This document shows, piece after piece, positions 10,596-19,937 of a DNA stretch of 45,271 nt. Made by a program: the position numbers and the translations under genes. Numbering within the stretch: position 1 is the first letter of the stretch; each line of letters starts with the position of its first letter. The stretch is from assembly GCA_031267575.1 (NCBI GenBank), contig JAIRYN010000034.1, positions 1-45,271 on the forward strand, read 5' to 3'. The stretch comes from Synergistaceae bacterium. GTDB lineage: Bacteria > Synergistota > Synergistia > Synergistales > Aminobacteriaceae. The notes beneath the pieces are model-generated. The model was given only the letters and a program-made list of their open reading frames with translations. It did no database searches and was not told where the DNA came from.

Positions 10596-10617
10596 ACCTG
10601 GTCGCCTTTCGGCATTG

Positions 10618-10684
10618 TCTTCATTAATATTACCTTTATTAATATTGCCTTCATTAATATTACCTTCATTAAAAAATTGCCTTC
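10618..10684. repeat. Tandem repeat of about 16 bp with roughly 3.5 copies (ttcattaatattRcct) between moxR and the DUF58 gene
   Basis: Direct reading: cattaatattaccttt attaatattgccttc attaatattaccttc attaaaaaattgcc. Confidence 0.8.
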
Positions 10685-11627
10685 ATACGATGGTTGGTAC
10701 TTCCGAAAAAATCGCGCTCAGCACCTCGCGCTTAGTAGATCCCGATCCCTGGCGTAACTGTAAACGGTGGAGCAACACATCCTCCGCCATCACCTTTACG
10801 TCCTCAGGGATCACATAGTCTCGGTTCTGCATCCAAGCCAGAGTTTTGGCCAATTGCAGGAGCGACATGGCGCCCCGCGTGGAAATTCCGGCCGCAATAT
10901 TGGGAAAGACGCGGGTTTTTTCGGTTAGGGTCAGCATGTAGTCCAAAATCTTGTCGGAAACCATGACGCTGCGCTCAATGTCCGAGTGGATCCTCAGAAT
11001 TTCGTCAGGAGAAAACAAGGCCGAGATGTTTGAAAGTTTTTCTTTCTGGCTACCGGCTTTCAGTATTTCACGCTCGGCGGTTCTGGAGGGATAGCCAATG
11101 GAAACCTTCATCATGAAGCGGTCCATCTGGGACTCCGGAAGGGGAAAGGTTCCAGAGTGCTCCACGGGGTTTTGGGTGGCGACAATGAAAAAAGGCCGAG
11201 GTAACCGGTAGGTTTTTCCGTCGATTGTAACCTGCTCCTCCCCCATAGCCTCCAACAGGGCGCTCTGAGTTTTGGGTGTCGCGCGGTTGATTTCGTCCAC
11301 CAGTACCAAATTATTGAAAATGGGGCCGGGATGAAACTCAAATTCGCCCTTTTCCGCCTTGAAGATATTGAGTCCCGTGACATCCGTAGGTAAAAGGTCG
11401 TTCGTGCATTGGACACGACCGAAACGCAACCCTAGAGTTCGAGCCATGGCGATGGCCAAAGTTGTTTTGCCTAAACCGGGCAAGTCCTCCAATAAGAGGT
11501 GTCCATTTGAAAAAAAGCAGGCCATCATTTTTACTAAAACCCCGTCCTTGCCGTGCAACAAAGGCGAAAGATGCGCAAGCGCCTCCTTGATGCGAGGGTT
11601 GACCGCGAAAAAAGGAACATTAGACAT
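10683..11627 (-). CDS. MoxR-like AAA+ ATPase
   Basis: Walker A motif LLEDLPGLGKTTLA, a Walker B region, and a C-terminal MoxR lid. Sits in the classic MoxR-DUF58-transglutaminase gene order. Confidence 0.9.
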   Translation of the reverse strand: MSNVPFFAVNPRIKEALAHLSPLLHGKDGVLVKMMACFFSNGHLLLEDLPGLGKTTLAIAMARTLGLRFGRVQCTNDLLPTDVTGLNIFKAEKGEFEFHPGPIFNNLVLVDEINRATPKTQSALLEAMGEEQVTIDGKTYRLPRPFFIVATQNPVEHSGTFPLPESQMDRFMMKVSIGYPSRTAEREILKAGSQKEKLSNISALFSPDEILRIHSDIERSVMVSDKILDYMLTLTEKTRVFPNIAAGISTRGAMSLLQLAKTLAWMQNRDYVIPEDVKVMAEDVLLHRLQLRQGSGSTKREVLSAIFSEVPTIV

Positions 11628-11688
11628 ATTATACTCCTTTGTTGATTTCAGCTTGTACGCGCCTTTTCGGACTGGATTGAGTCAAGCC

Positions 11689-13104
11689 CTATACATTTAC
11701 CATCCCGCAAATGGCGCGCGCAGCGACGACTCCGCTGGCGGCGGCTTGAACAATACCACGACTGACCCCGGCTCCGTCTCCCGCCATCCAGAGCCCCTCT
11801 ATCGAAGGAACCGACAGGTTTTTGTTCAGCTCCAGGCGCAGCGAATAGAGCTTAATCTCCACGCCGTAGAGCAGTGTGTCGCCGTGATTGACGCCTGGCA
11901 TGATCTGGTTCAGGGCGTCAAGAAACTCCACGATGTCCATAACGTAGCGGTGTGGCAAAACGAGACTCAAGTCACCCGGCTGAGCCGAGACGGTGGGCTC
12001 CACCATCCCCCGATCGATGCGGGACTGAGTGGAACGCCGGCCACCCCGCAAGTCGGCCAGGCGCTGCACCAGGATAGCACCCCCCGCCAGCATGTTGGCC
12101 AGTTTCGCGATATGGGTGGCGTAGCCGATGGGGTCGCTGAAAGGCTGTGTGAAGTTCTTCGTGACCAGAATCGCGAAGTTCGTATTGCCGGATTTCTTGT
12201 TCTTCAGGCTGTGCCCGTTGACCGTCACCAGACGATGGGCCTGATTGAACTCGTGCACCACAAAGCCCGATGGGTTCATGCAAAAAGTGCGACATCGATC
12301 ATCGAAAGTGGGGGTGTTGTAAAGGCATTTGACCTCGTAAAACTCTTGGGTCAAGGATTCGCACACACTGTCAGGCACTTCCACGCGCACACCGATATCG
12401 ACGGGCATAGAGGCGATGGGCAACTCGAGCTTACCAATGAGGCTTTCGAGCCAAGGCGCGCCCTCCCGCCCTGGAGTCACCAAAACGTTTTCGCCACGCA
12501 CCTCCCGGTAGTCCTCGAACCGAACCCCCACGGTTCTTTCGCCGGAGGGGCCGCTTTTGGTCAGAATTTCCTTCACGGTGGACTCCATCTGGATATCACA
12601 CTTGGTAACTAGGTCCTTGTACATGTTGTTTAGGACCTCTCGGGACGCGTCCGTGCCGATGTGGCGAATGCGCGCGGGCAACACCCGTAGGCCCACTTGG
12701 GCGCCTCTGCGAATGGTGTCGTAAACCATCTCCGCCTTGGCCTCGTAGCAATGAGGGTCCGCGCCGAAGCGAACAAAAGCGTCGTCCACGTACTTGATCA
12801 TCGAAAGCAGCGCGGCCTGGCCAATGTACTCCTCCAAGTTTCCTCCGAATCCGGTGGTGAGAGTCAGCTTACCGTCCGAGGCCGAACCCGCACCCCCCCA
12901 TCCAGAAACCACGGCGCAGGAGTCGCAGTGAACGCAGCTCTTTACCAGGCCGTTAACCACAGGGCACCGGCGATCACTGATCAGTTTGCCTTTATCCGCG
13001 ATGAGGACCTTCTTGCCGTTGGCGATCAGCTCCGACGCGGCAAAGATCCCCGCGGGCCCGGCGCCGATAATGATGGCATCATAATGCGAGGTGGACATTT
13101 TCAT
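11689..13104 (-). CDS. FAD-dependent oxidoreductase (COG2509-like)
   Basis: N-terminal DAIIIGAGPAGIFAA Rossmann fold and a CPVVNG..C.HCDSC cysteine cluster. The plus-strand ORF 11359-12612 is antisense to this gene and is rejected. Confidence 0.7.
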   Translation of the reverse strand: MKMSTSHYDAIIIGAGPAGIFAASELIANGKKVLIADKGKLISDRRCPVVNGLVKSCVHCDSCAVVSGWGGAGSASDGKLTLTTGFGGNLEEYIGQAALLSMIKYVDDAFVRFGADPHCYEAKAEMVYDTIRRGAQVGLRVLPARIRHIGTDASREVLNNMYKDLVTKCDIQMESTVKEILTKSGPSGERTVGVRFEDYREVRGENVLVTPGREGAPWLESLIGKLELPIASMPVDIGVRVEVPDSVCESLTQEFYEVKCLYNTPTFDDRCRTFCMNPSGFVVHEFNQAHRLVTVNGHSLKNKKSGNTNFAILVTKNFTQPFSDPIGYATHIAKLANMLAGGAILVQRLADLRGGRRSTQSRIDRGMVEPTVSAQPGDLSLVLPHRYVMDIVEFLDALNQIMPGVNHGDTLLYGVEIKLYSLRLELNKNLSVPSIEGLWMAGDGAGVSRGIVQAAASGVVAARAICGMVNV

Positions 13105-13754
13105 TCCACCGAATTCCTGCCAGGGGGAAACTTGTCGGGGAAAAAGGCTTTGACCTCGTTCAAAAAATGATCCACCCGATGGGGTGTATGGATAAATTTG
13201 GGGTCAGAAAGGTCCAGTACCAGAAAATTCGGAATGTCCATCTCCGACTTGACAAAGTCGATAAAAGGAATATAAGCGGAGTACAGAGAACGCCAGTATT
13301 CCTCCCCGGCGTCCAGCTCGTCCCCTCGACCGCGCTCGCGGATGCGGCGCATGATTTCCTCAAAAGGGCAATAGACGAGGATCAACAACTGCGGAGCCTT
13401 GGTGTACTTAAGGAGGGAATCATAAAGGGTCAGGTAACATCCATATTGGCTGTCTTTGAAATAGCCCTGTTTGTAGTACAGCGTGGCGTAAACCTTGTCG
13501 CCGAAAATGCTGCGATCCATGATGTAGCAATTTTCCTCGGAGGCGCACAGGTACTGCGCGAAGCGCGTCACCAAAAAGTTGAGCTGCATAGGAAACGCCC
13601 AGTTTCGGTCGTGATGAAAGCGGCTCAATAGATCATACTGGTCGCGAAACTCCTCCGGCATGATCTTGAACCCCAGTCGTTCGCCTAAAAGATTGACGAT
13701 GGTCGACTTTCCGCTGGCGGTCATTCCCTCTACAATAATCTGAATCTGTCCCAT
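13101..13754 (-). CDS. Deoxynucleoside kinase (dAK/dGK/dCK family)
   Basis: P-loop IVEGMTASGKST, a DRS motif (YIMDRSIFGD), and the typical 217-aa size. Overlaps the upstream gene by 4 nt. Confidence 0.8.
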   Translation of the reverse strand: MGQIQIIVEGMTASGKSTIVNLLGERLGFKIMPEEFRDQYDLLSRFHHDRNWAFPMQLNFLVTRFAQYLCASEENCYIMDRSIFGDKVYATLYYKQGYFKDSQYGCYLTLYDSLLKYTKAPQLLILVYCPFEEIMRRIRERGRGDELDAGEEYWRSLYSAYIPFIDFVKSEMDIPNFLVLDLSDPKFIHTPHRVDHFLNEVKAFFPDKFPPGRNSVE

Positions 13755-13797
13755 TTACTTCGCGCCGCCTCCAGTTTTATCGCGTTTTTGTTTTATT

Positions 13798-15693
13798 TTA
13801 CGCTCGCTCGATTATTTGTTTACTTTGCTTATTTTGTGAATTATCGGGGTCCTCTCGGGCCTGAACGGTCCGGTTCCCGCCCTCTCGTTTGGCTTCTACC
13901 ATCGCGTCATAGGCCGCGGCCACAAAAGCTGTGATATCCATGGACTTCCGGTACTCCGCGACACCGGCGCTAAAAGTCAAAGACCGGTTTTCTCCGAACA
14001 CGTTGTGCTCCACCATATCTCGAAGTTTCTTCGCCAATTGGGTGGCCGCGAACAAAGGCAACGACGTCAGTAGAGCGAACTCATCGCCCCCCCAGCGTCC
14101 CAGGTAATCCACGTTGCGAATGCGAGTCTTGATGGCTATGACCACCTCTTGAAGGATCCTATCGGCGGCGGCGTAACCGATCTGCTCGTTTGCATATCGA
14201 AATCCATCGATATCCAGCACGATCAGTGACAAAGAACCATGGTATCGGACCGTTCGCTCGATCTCCATAGAGATAACACGCTCCATACCTTGACGGTTCA
14301 GGACCCCCGTGGAGATATCCGTGGTGGACACCCGCTGAAGCTGCTCTTCTGTGCGGCGTAATCGAGTATTATCCATGCAGCTAACTAGCGTCATGACGTC
14401 CGCTTCCCAGCTCATGCGTATCCCACTTAGTCCCAGAGAGAGGACTTCTCCATCTTTGGTGCATACGCGGCACTCCAGTTCTTCGAAAGATTTTCCCTGA
14501 AGCGCATGATGCAGCCTTTCTTTCAGCTTCTCGTTTACCGGGTCACTCTCCAGCGCCAGGCTCGCTAACAAATGACCCACCACGTCGTCTCGCTTCAATT
14601 TCAGTGTTTTCAAAAAATTAGTGTTGGCCTCAATACAAAAACCCTTGTCGTCCACGACGCAAAACATTCGCGGAATGATGTTCAGAAGTTCGATTTGAGC
14701 GGGTTCGAAGCGGTCGGTGGGCCGCGAGATCTCCTTCGCGCCCGATTTTTCTGGATTCACCAGAAACGGAGGGGCTTCCTGCTCTTCGTGCCGCATCATC
14801 GACGCGAGATACACAACAGCCCCCGCGACCTCGTTTGAAGGGGTCACCAGAGGCGCTACCGTCACGTTCCATCGGTTGTTGTTCTGGGCGCTTCTTTCCA
14901 CCAGCACGGTGGTGGCCGTATTTCCCAAGAATGCGTCCTGTATCAGTTCCTGCAACTCCATGTCGAATACCGTTTCGAGGCTGACAGGATAAGGGAAACC
15001 CATCACGCATTCATGACCCAGGAAACGTTTGGCGATTTCCCGATACCCGCGGGTAGAGTAGAGCAAGGTTCCTTTTTTGTCCACAGCAAAACAAAGCAGT
15101 CCCGGGCAACTGTTCAAAATCCGTATGGCATAGGCAGGACTGTCCTCGGCCTCCGGGTAAGAGGCGGATACTTCCTCCGCCTTTCCCTTCATCAAATTGG
15201 TGATGTCGAACGCGATGATCTGTATTGAAGGCTCGCCCTGGTAAACGGAGGCGAAAAGCTCCATGTCCAACCATCCCCACGTGGCGTCAGCGCGGATGAT
15301 AGGCAGAACGGCATGGGCGTTTTTCGCTATCGCCTCTTTTAGCATGGACTCCACCTCGCCCTCGTCTCCCGGCGTGGAAAGTGATTGCAACGTCACACCA
15401 CCTCCCAATTTTACCTGGAATCCGAAGAACTCCTCCGCTCGGCGATTCATGACGCGAAAGGTTCCGTTAGGAGCGAGGAGGACATACAAAAAGACAGTGC
15501 TCTCCATAAAAATCAGATAGCGCTGCTCCATTTCGTGCAGGACCTTTTCGGTACGCCTCATCCTCATCAGTTCTCTCTCCAGCTCAACGGAATACTGGCG
15601 AAGACTACTATTTTCTCCTTCGACTTCCGTCCGATATTCCTCGGAGTAGAGAGTGTGTTCAGACATAAATATCCTCCCTTTCGGCTCCACCAA
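13798..15693 (-). CDS. PAS-domain sensor diguanylate cyclase (GGDEF)
   Basis: C-terminal GGDEF domain with the active-site motif RWGGDEFALL and a preceding GVLNRQG...LIVLDIDGFRYANEQIGYAAAD segment. PAS-like regions lie upstream. Confidence 0.85.
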   Translation of the reverse strand: MVEPKGRIFMSEHTLYSEEYRTEVEGENSSLRQYSVELERELMRMRRTEKVLHEMEQRYLIFMESTVFLYVLLAPNGTFRVMNRRAEEFFGFQVKLGGGVTLQSLSTPGDEGEVESMLKEAIAKNAHAVLPIIRADATWGWLDMELFASVYQGEPSIQIIAFDITNLMKGKAEEVSASYPEAEDSPAYAIRILNSCPGLLCFAVDKKGTLLYSTRGYREIAKRFLGHECVMGFPYPVSLETVFDMELQELIQDAFLGNTATTVLVERSAQNNNRWNVTVAPLVTPSNEVAGAVVYLASMMRHEEQEAPPFLVNPEKSGAKEISRPTDRFEPAQIELLNIIPRMFCVVDDKGFCIEANTNFLKTLKLKRDDVVGHLLASLALESDPVNEKLKERLHHALQGKSFEELECRVCTKDGEVLSLGLSGIRMSWEADVMTLVSCMDNTRLRRTEEQLQRVSTTDISTGVLNRQGMERVISMEIERTVRYHGSLSLIVLDIDGFRYANEQIGYAAADRILQEVVIAIKTRIRNVDYLGRWGGDEFALLTSLPLFAATQLAKKLRDMVEHNVFGENRSLTFSAGVAEYRKSMDITAFVAAAYDAMVEAKREGGNRTVQAREDPDNSQNKQSKQIIERA

Positions 15694-15705
15694 GAAACCT
15701 CGTTC

Positions 15706-16227
15706 TCAGAGTCTCTTGGGAAACCACCCTCCCGTACATTGCTTGACGTCGGATATTGTGACAAAACCTTGATGATCAAACAATTTCTGTATGGTCATGA
15801 CATCGTGCCGGTGACAAAAGATTTCGACCATCAATTTCGGCCCGTCGCGCCCCATTCCGTTGATGACCGTCGCGCCAAGGCCCATATGACGCACTTCAGC
15901 AATCGCCGACCGACTGCCCTCGTTGTCGTCCAAGATCACTTTCGCCAAAATAAAAGAATTCAACAATCGCTCTTCCATCCAGGATCCAACGTAAGTGCCG
16001 GTGGCAAACCCTCCGCAGTAAAAAAGCAGTTCTACGTAAGTCAAACCTTTGCCACCGCCCAAAAGATAACTCAAAGCCAGCATATAGACCATAACCTCGA
16101 AAAAGCCAATGCAGCACGCGATGAAACGCCGTCCTTTTACAAGAAATAGGATGCGCACAATGTTGCAACTAACGTCAATAATGCGCGCGAAAAAGATTAG
16201 GAAAAGCCCCAGTATATTTAGCGCCAT
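15706..16227 (-). CDS. UPF0316/DUF2179 family membrane protein
   Basis: MALNILGLFLIFFARIIDVSCNIVRILFLVKGRRFIACCIGFFEVMVYMLALSYLL resembles the UPF0316 (YebE/YitT-C-like) N-terminal membrane domain. It is followed by a DUF2179-like soluble part. Confidence 0.6.
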   Translation of the reverse strand: MALNILGLFLIFFARIIDVSCNIVRILFLVKGRRFIACCIGFFEVMVYMLALSYLLGGGKGLTYVELLFYCGGFATGTYVGSWMEERLLNSFILAKVILDDNEGSRSAIAEVRHMGLGATVINGMGRDGPKLMVEIFCHRHDVMTIQKLFDHQGFVTISDVKQCTGGWFPKRL

Positions 16228-16362
16228 TCACACCACTCTCCCCGCTTGTCAGTGACTTGCATTTCATTTTGTACATTCTTTCTTTATGGTAACACACAAA
16301 CGAGCTGTTCGGGCGCTTCGTTTCTTCCCGTGGGACTTACTCTAACTTTATGGCTTTTACAT

Positions 16363-17166
16363 TTACAAATTCACTGTATCCCGTTGTTTGGGCTCGAACG
16401 CCTTCTCCATAAAGGGCTTCAACAAGTCGATAGGGATGGGAAAGAAGGTGGTGGAGTTTCGCTCTCCCGCGATTTCTCGAATCGTCTGAAGATAACGCAG
16501 TTGGAGCGTGACGGGGGAAACCTCCATCTGTTTAGCGGCTTCGGACAGTTTCGTTGCGGCCTGAAGTTCGCCCTCAGCGGCGATGATCTTAGCTCGGCGT
16601 TCGCGTTCGGCCTCGGCTTGACGGGCCATGGCGCGTTTCATTCCCTCGGGAAGCTCCAGCTCCTTCACCTCCACGGCACTGACTTTGATACCCCAGGGGT
16701 CAGTGCGTTCGTCAATGATTTTTTGGAGTTCGTGGTTGATCTTCTCACGGGAAGACAGCACTTCGTCCAGCTCAACGGAGCCCACCACCGAGCGCAAGGT
16801 GGTTTGGGCCAACTGACTGGTGGCCATGACGTAGTTCTCGACCTCTACGACGGAATGTGAGGGATCCATGACCCTGAAATAAACCACGGCGTTCACCTTG
16901 ATGGGGACGTTGTCCTTCGTGATAACCTCTTGGACGGGGACGTCCATTGTCAGGATACGCAGATCGACGTTCATGACGCGGTCGATCATGGGGATGATGA
17001 AGACGATACCGGGGCCACGGCTTCCTGCTAGACGCCCCAGGCGGAAAACGACGAGTCTTTTGTACTCCGGCACGATCTTTACCGCGGAGGAAAACACCAA
17101 TAGCGCGATGAAAATCACGCCGAACCAACTACCGATGTTGGAAAGTATTTCGAATACGTCAATCAT
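16363..17166 (-). CDS. SPFH/band-7 (stomatin-like) protein
   Basis: N-terminal TM helix, then [18 protein letters not shown]...IIPMIDRV...[33 protein letters not shown], the stomatin/HflC core. C-terminal coiled coil. Confidence 0.85.
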   Translation of the reverse strand: MIDVFEILSNIGSWFGVIFIALLVFSSAVKIVPEYKRLVVFRLGRLAGSRGPGIVFIIPMIDRVMNVDLRILTMDVPVQEVITKDNVPIKVNAVVYFRVMDPSHSVVEVENYVMATSQLAQTTLRSVVGSVELDEVLSSREKINHELQKIIDERTDPWGIKVSAVEVKELELPEGMKRAMARQAEAERERRAKIIAAEGELQAATKLSEAAKQMEVSPVTLQLRYLQTIREIAGERNSTTFFPIPIDLLKPFMEKAFEPKQRDTVNL

Positions 17167-17503
17167 AACAATCTCTCCTTATATTATTCCGGCTCCCGGC
17201 CGAAAAAATTATAGATGCGACCTTAAAGAAAAGCGCAACAGGCTACGCCCTTATAACTTTAACGGATTGGTGTTTTTTTCTCAAGTGTGAAAGTATGTTA
17301 AAAGTGTGAATTGGCGTCTGCCTTCATTAAACTTCATCCGTTCGTTTCTCGATTCCGACGTATCCGATTTTGAGTTTGAATATTTCATCTTAATATCCCT
17401 CCTAAAATTAAGAGCTTTACTCTATAATACAAGAATAGTCTAGTCTTCAAAAGAGACTTAAGTTGTCTCTTAACTTTAAAAGAATTTCAAGGAGACTCGT
17501 TCG

Positions 17504-18448
17504 ATGCAAATTCTTGTAGCTCTTTTTCTCGACACACTGTTGGGTGACCCCAAGTTCATGCCTCATCCAGTAGCCGGCGTGGGGGCGATGATTCGTTTCT
17601 GGGAAGGGCGTTTTTACCCCGGACCTGACAAAAGACAAGGAGGAAGGTTTCTATGCCTTGCCGTTTTGCTCACGACGGTGGTGATCGTGGGGTTGATTTT
17701 GTTATGCGCCTCACTGAACCGATGGCTTTACGAGTTAACGACCCTTTACCTTCTTTACACGGCCTTGGCCTGGCGTTCGTTGAAGGACCACACTCTACCC
17801 GTAGTCCTGGCGTTATCGAGGGGAGACTTGGAGACCGCAAGAGGAGCGCTTTCCCTTATTGTGGGACGTGACACGGAAAACCTGAATGAGAAGGACGTGA
17901 CCCGGGCCGCGGTGGAGACCTTGGGGGAGAACTTCATCGACGGGATTTTTTCAGTCTTGTTTTTTATGACCTTGGGAGCTCTGTGCGGCGGGAGAGCAGG
18001 AGCGGTTTTGGCGGCGTGGATTTTCAAGGCGGCGAGCACTCTAGACTCCACGGTGGGGTACGACGACGAAAAGTATCGAGACTTTGGGCGCGCCAGCGCG
18101 CGGCTCGACGATCTCTTGAACTTCATTCCCGCGCGTCTGGGAAGTTTAACCGTTCTGGCGGCGGGGACGTGCCTGGGGTATTCTTTCTCTCAGGGGTTTA
18201 AGATTTTTCTACGCGACCGTAAAAAACACCTGAGCCCCAACAGTGGCCATGGGGAAAGCGCCTTCGCTGGGCTTCTGGGCATACGGTTGGGAGGAGGGGC
18301 TTTTTACGGCGGAGAGTTCGAGGAAAGGCCCGTAATCGGTGACGCCGACTTTCGTGAGCCTGAAGCCGCGGACATTCTCAAAGCTTACGGGATTCTCGAC
18401 GCGTCGGTGGCACTTTCCGCTTTGGCGGTGTATTTTTTCCTTCGCTGA
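17504..18448 (+). CDS. cbiB: Adenosylcobinamide-phosphate synthase
   Basis: MQILVALFLDTLLGDPKFMPHPVAGVGAMIRFWEGRFY is the CbiB/CobD membrane-protein signature. RBS AAGGAGA. Confidence 0.85.
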   Translation: MQILVALFLDTLLGDPKFMPHPVAGVGAMIRFWEGRFYPGPDKRQGGRFLCLAVLLTTVVIVGLILLCASLNRWLYELTTLYLLYTALAWRSLKDHTLPVVLALSRGDLETARGALSLIVGRDTENLNEKDVTRAAVETLGENFIDGIFSVLFFMTLGALCGGRAGAVLAAWIFKAASTLDSTVGYDDEKYRDFGRASARLDDLLNFIPARLGSLTVLAAGTCLGYSFSQGFKIFLRDRKKHLSPNSGHGESAFAGLLGIRLGGGAFYGGEFEERPVIGDADFREPEAADILKAYGILDASVALSALAVYFFLR

Positions 18449-18456
18449 CCTCCTTC

Positions 18457-19530
18457 ATGTCCCTTTTGGAACGGTCTCACGGCGCGAACCCCGAAAAACT
18501 CTACCAGGCGATGGGTTTTCCTATGCCGGAGAGGATTTTGGACTTCAGTACAAACACCAATGCCCTCCCTTGGGAAGGAGATTTGAGTATCGACCTTCGT
18601 CGATGTTTGGCCTCCTATCCCGACGACGAGGCCACGGAGCTGCGGCGGACAATCGCGGAACACGAACGCCCCTTCGTTGAAGACTGCTCTTCCGAAAACG
18701 TTTTGGTTGTGAACGGGTCCAACGAAGCCGTCTATCTTATCGCCTCGTTTCTCGGAGGCAAAAAGGCGGCTCTCTGGCAGCCGGTTTACGGGGAATACGC
18801 CCGTGCCCTCTCTGCCTACGGGGCGAAGGTCCAAGGCGTGTTTAACGGCGTGTTTAACGCGGAAAATCTGCCGAATCTACCAGAGGGTACGGAGGCATTC
18901 TTTTTGTGCAATCCCTGCAACCCCACGGGGGGATACGTAGAACGCGAGGCGCTGGAAAACCTGCTCCAGCGTTACCCCCATACCCTCTTTGTGGTGGACG
19001 AGGCCTATGCCGACTTTCTGAGGGGTGAGCACCGCAGGCTCGATTTTGTTCGGAATCAAAACCTGATCGTCCTTCGTTCGTTGACGAAAATTTTTCACCT
19101 ATGCGGCGCGCGCGTCGGCTATGTTCTGGCCTGCGAAGCGCGTATCGCGCGACTAAAGGCGCGGCAACCCACTTGGAGCGTCAATGCCATAGCCCAGGCA
19201 GCAACCTTAACCTTTATGCAAGACAAAGAGTTTACCCGCAAGACACGAAACTTCTACGCTGCAGAAACGCCCCGCTTCATCGCAAAAATCGAAAAGGCGG
19301 GGTTTCTGGTCTTACCCACCCGAACCCACTTTTTCCTCATTCAAGTAGATGAGGACCGTCCACTAATCGTTTTTCTCCTGAAGCGAGGTCTGGTGGTGCG
19401 CCACACACGGAATTTCCCCGGACTTGACGGAAGGTACATCCGAGTGAGCACTCGCGCTCCGGAGGAAAACGATATCCTTATCCGCGCCTTATCCGACTTC
19501 AACAATCACAATCGGAATCGGGCGGACTGA
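18457..19530 (+). CDS. cobD: L-threonine-O-3-phosphate decarboxylase (class I/II aminotransferase fold)
   Basis: LDFSTNTNALPW..., a PLP-lysine region LRSLTKIFHLCGARVGY, and its position immediately after cbiB. Confidence 0.8.
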   Translation: MSLLERSHGANPEKLYQAMGFPMPERILDFSTNTNALPWEGDLSIDLRRCLASYPDDEATELRRTIAEHERPFVEDCSSENVLVVNGSNEAVYLIASFLGGKKAALWQPVYGEYARALSAYGAKVQGVFNGVFNAENLPNLPEGTEAFFLCNPCNPTGGYVEREALENLLQRYPHTLFVVDEAYADFLRGEHRRLDFVRNQNLIVLRSLTKIFHLCGARVGYVLACEARIARLKARQPTWSVNAIAQAATLTFMQDKEFTRKTRNFYAAETPRFIAKIEKAGFLVLPTRTHFFLIQVDEDRPLIVFLLKRGLVVRHTRNFPGLDGRYIRVSTRAPEENDILIRALSDFNNHNRNRAD

Positions 19531-19562
19531 GTCGAGCGGACTGAGTCGAGTTGAAGAACCTG

Positions 19563-19937
19563 CTATTCTACTCCTGCTGGGTGGAACTTGAAAAGCTCCT
19601 TATAGTTCTCCCAGAAAAGCGCGACTTCCTCGGTACTCCAGTCCCACGTATCCAGAACGATATCCTCGGTACGATGCTCGCGGCGCATTCGGTTGTGCCA
19701 CGTCCGGTCTTTTTTATATCGTCTGTAGGTGTGGCGGTTGGCGGGTAGGTTTCGCTCCACGCGCCAAAGGGTATAGCCCGCCTCGTATTTCCAACCGGCA
19801 GGCAGGGCATTTTTGTTGTAAGCGAGATTCTTTTCATACTGTTTTCGGCTTTGCTGAGACTGAGCCGCCCACACCCTTTCCCCAAGACAGTCCAAAGACA
19901 GCAGCAGCAAAACGAGAATCGCAAATTTTTTTTTCAC
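19563..19937 (-). CDS. Small secreted hypothetical protein of 124 aa
   Basis: N-terminal signal peptide MKKKFAILVLLLLSL...VWA|AQ. Start overlaps the stop of the upstream GGDEF gene (ATGA-type coupling). Confidence 0.5.
   Translation of the reverse strand: MKKKFAILVLLLLSLDCLGERVWAAQSQQSRKQYEKNLAYNKNALPAGWKYEAGYTLWRVERNLPANRHTYRRYKKDRTWHNRMRREHRTEDIVLDTWDWSTEEVALFWENYKELFKFHPAGVE

Noticed and set aside
10618-10684. Possible CRISPR array, also considered for the other tandem repeats listed
   Set aside because: Units are 8-19 bp, directly abutting, with no unique spacers. No cas genes are in the window. These are simple tandem duplications.
11359-12612. 417-aa plus-strand ORF
   Set aside because: Lies entirely antisense to the well-supported FAD-oxidoreductase gene (11689-13104, minus). 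It has no recognisable motifs and is a typical high-GC antisense open frame.
15385-16860. ORFs 15385-16149 (plus) and 16246-16860 (plus)
   Set aside because: Both are antisense to the GGDEF, UPF0316 and SPFH genes, which have clear family signatures. Rejected as shadow ORFs.
17290-17330. Two direct agtgtgaa repeats in the SPFH/cbiB divergent promoter region, considered as a possible Rex operator
   Set aside because: Rex sites are inverted repeats (TTGTGAA-N6-TTCACAA). These are direct repeats, so no claim is made.
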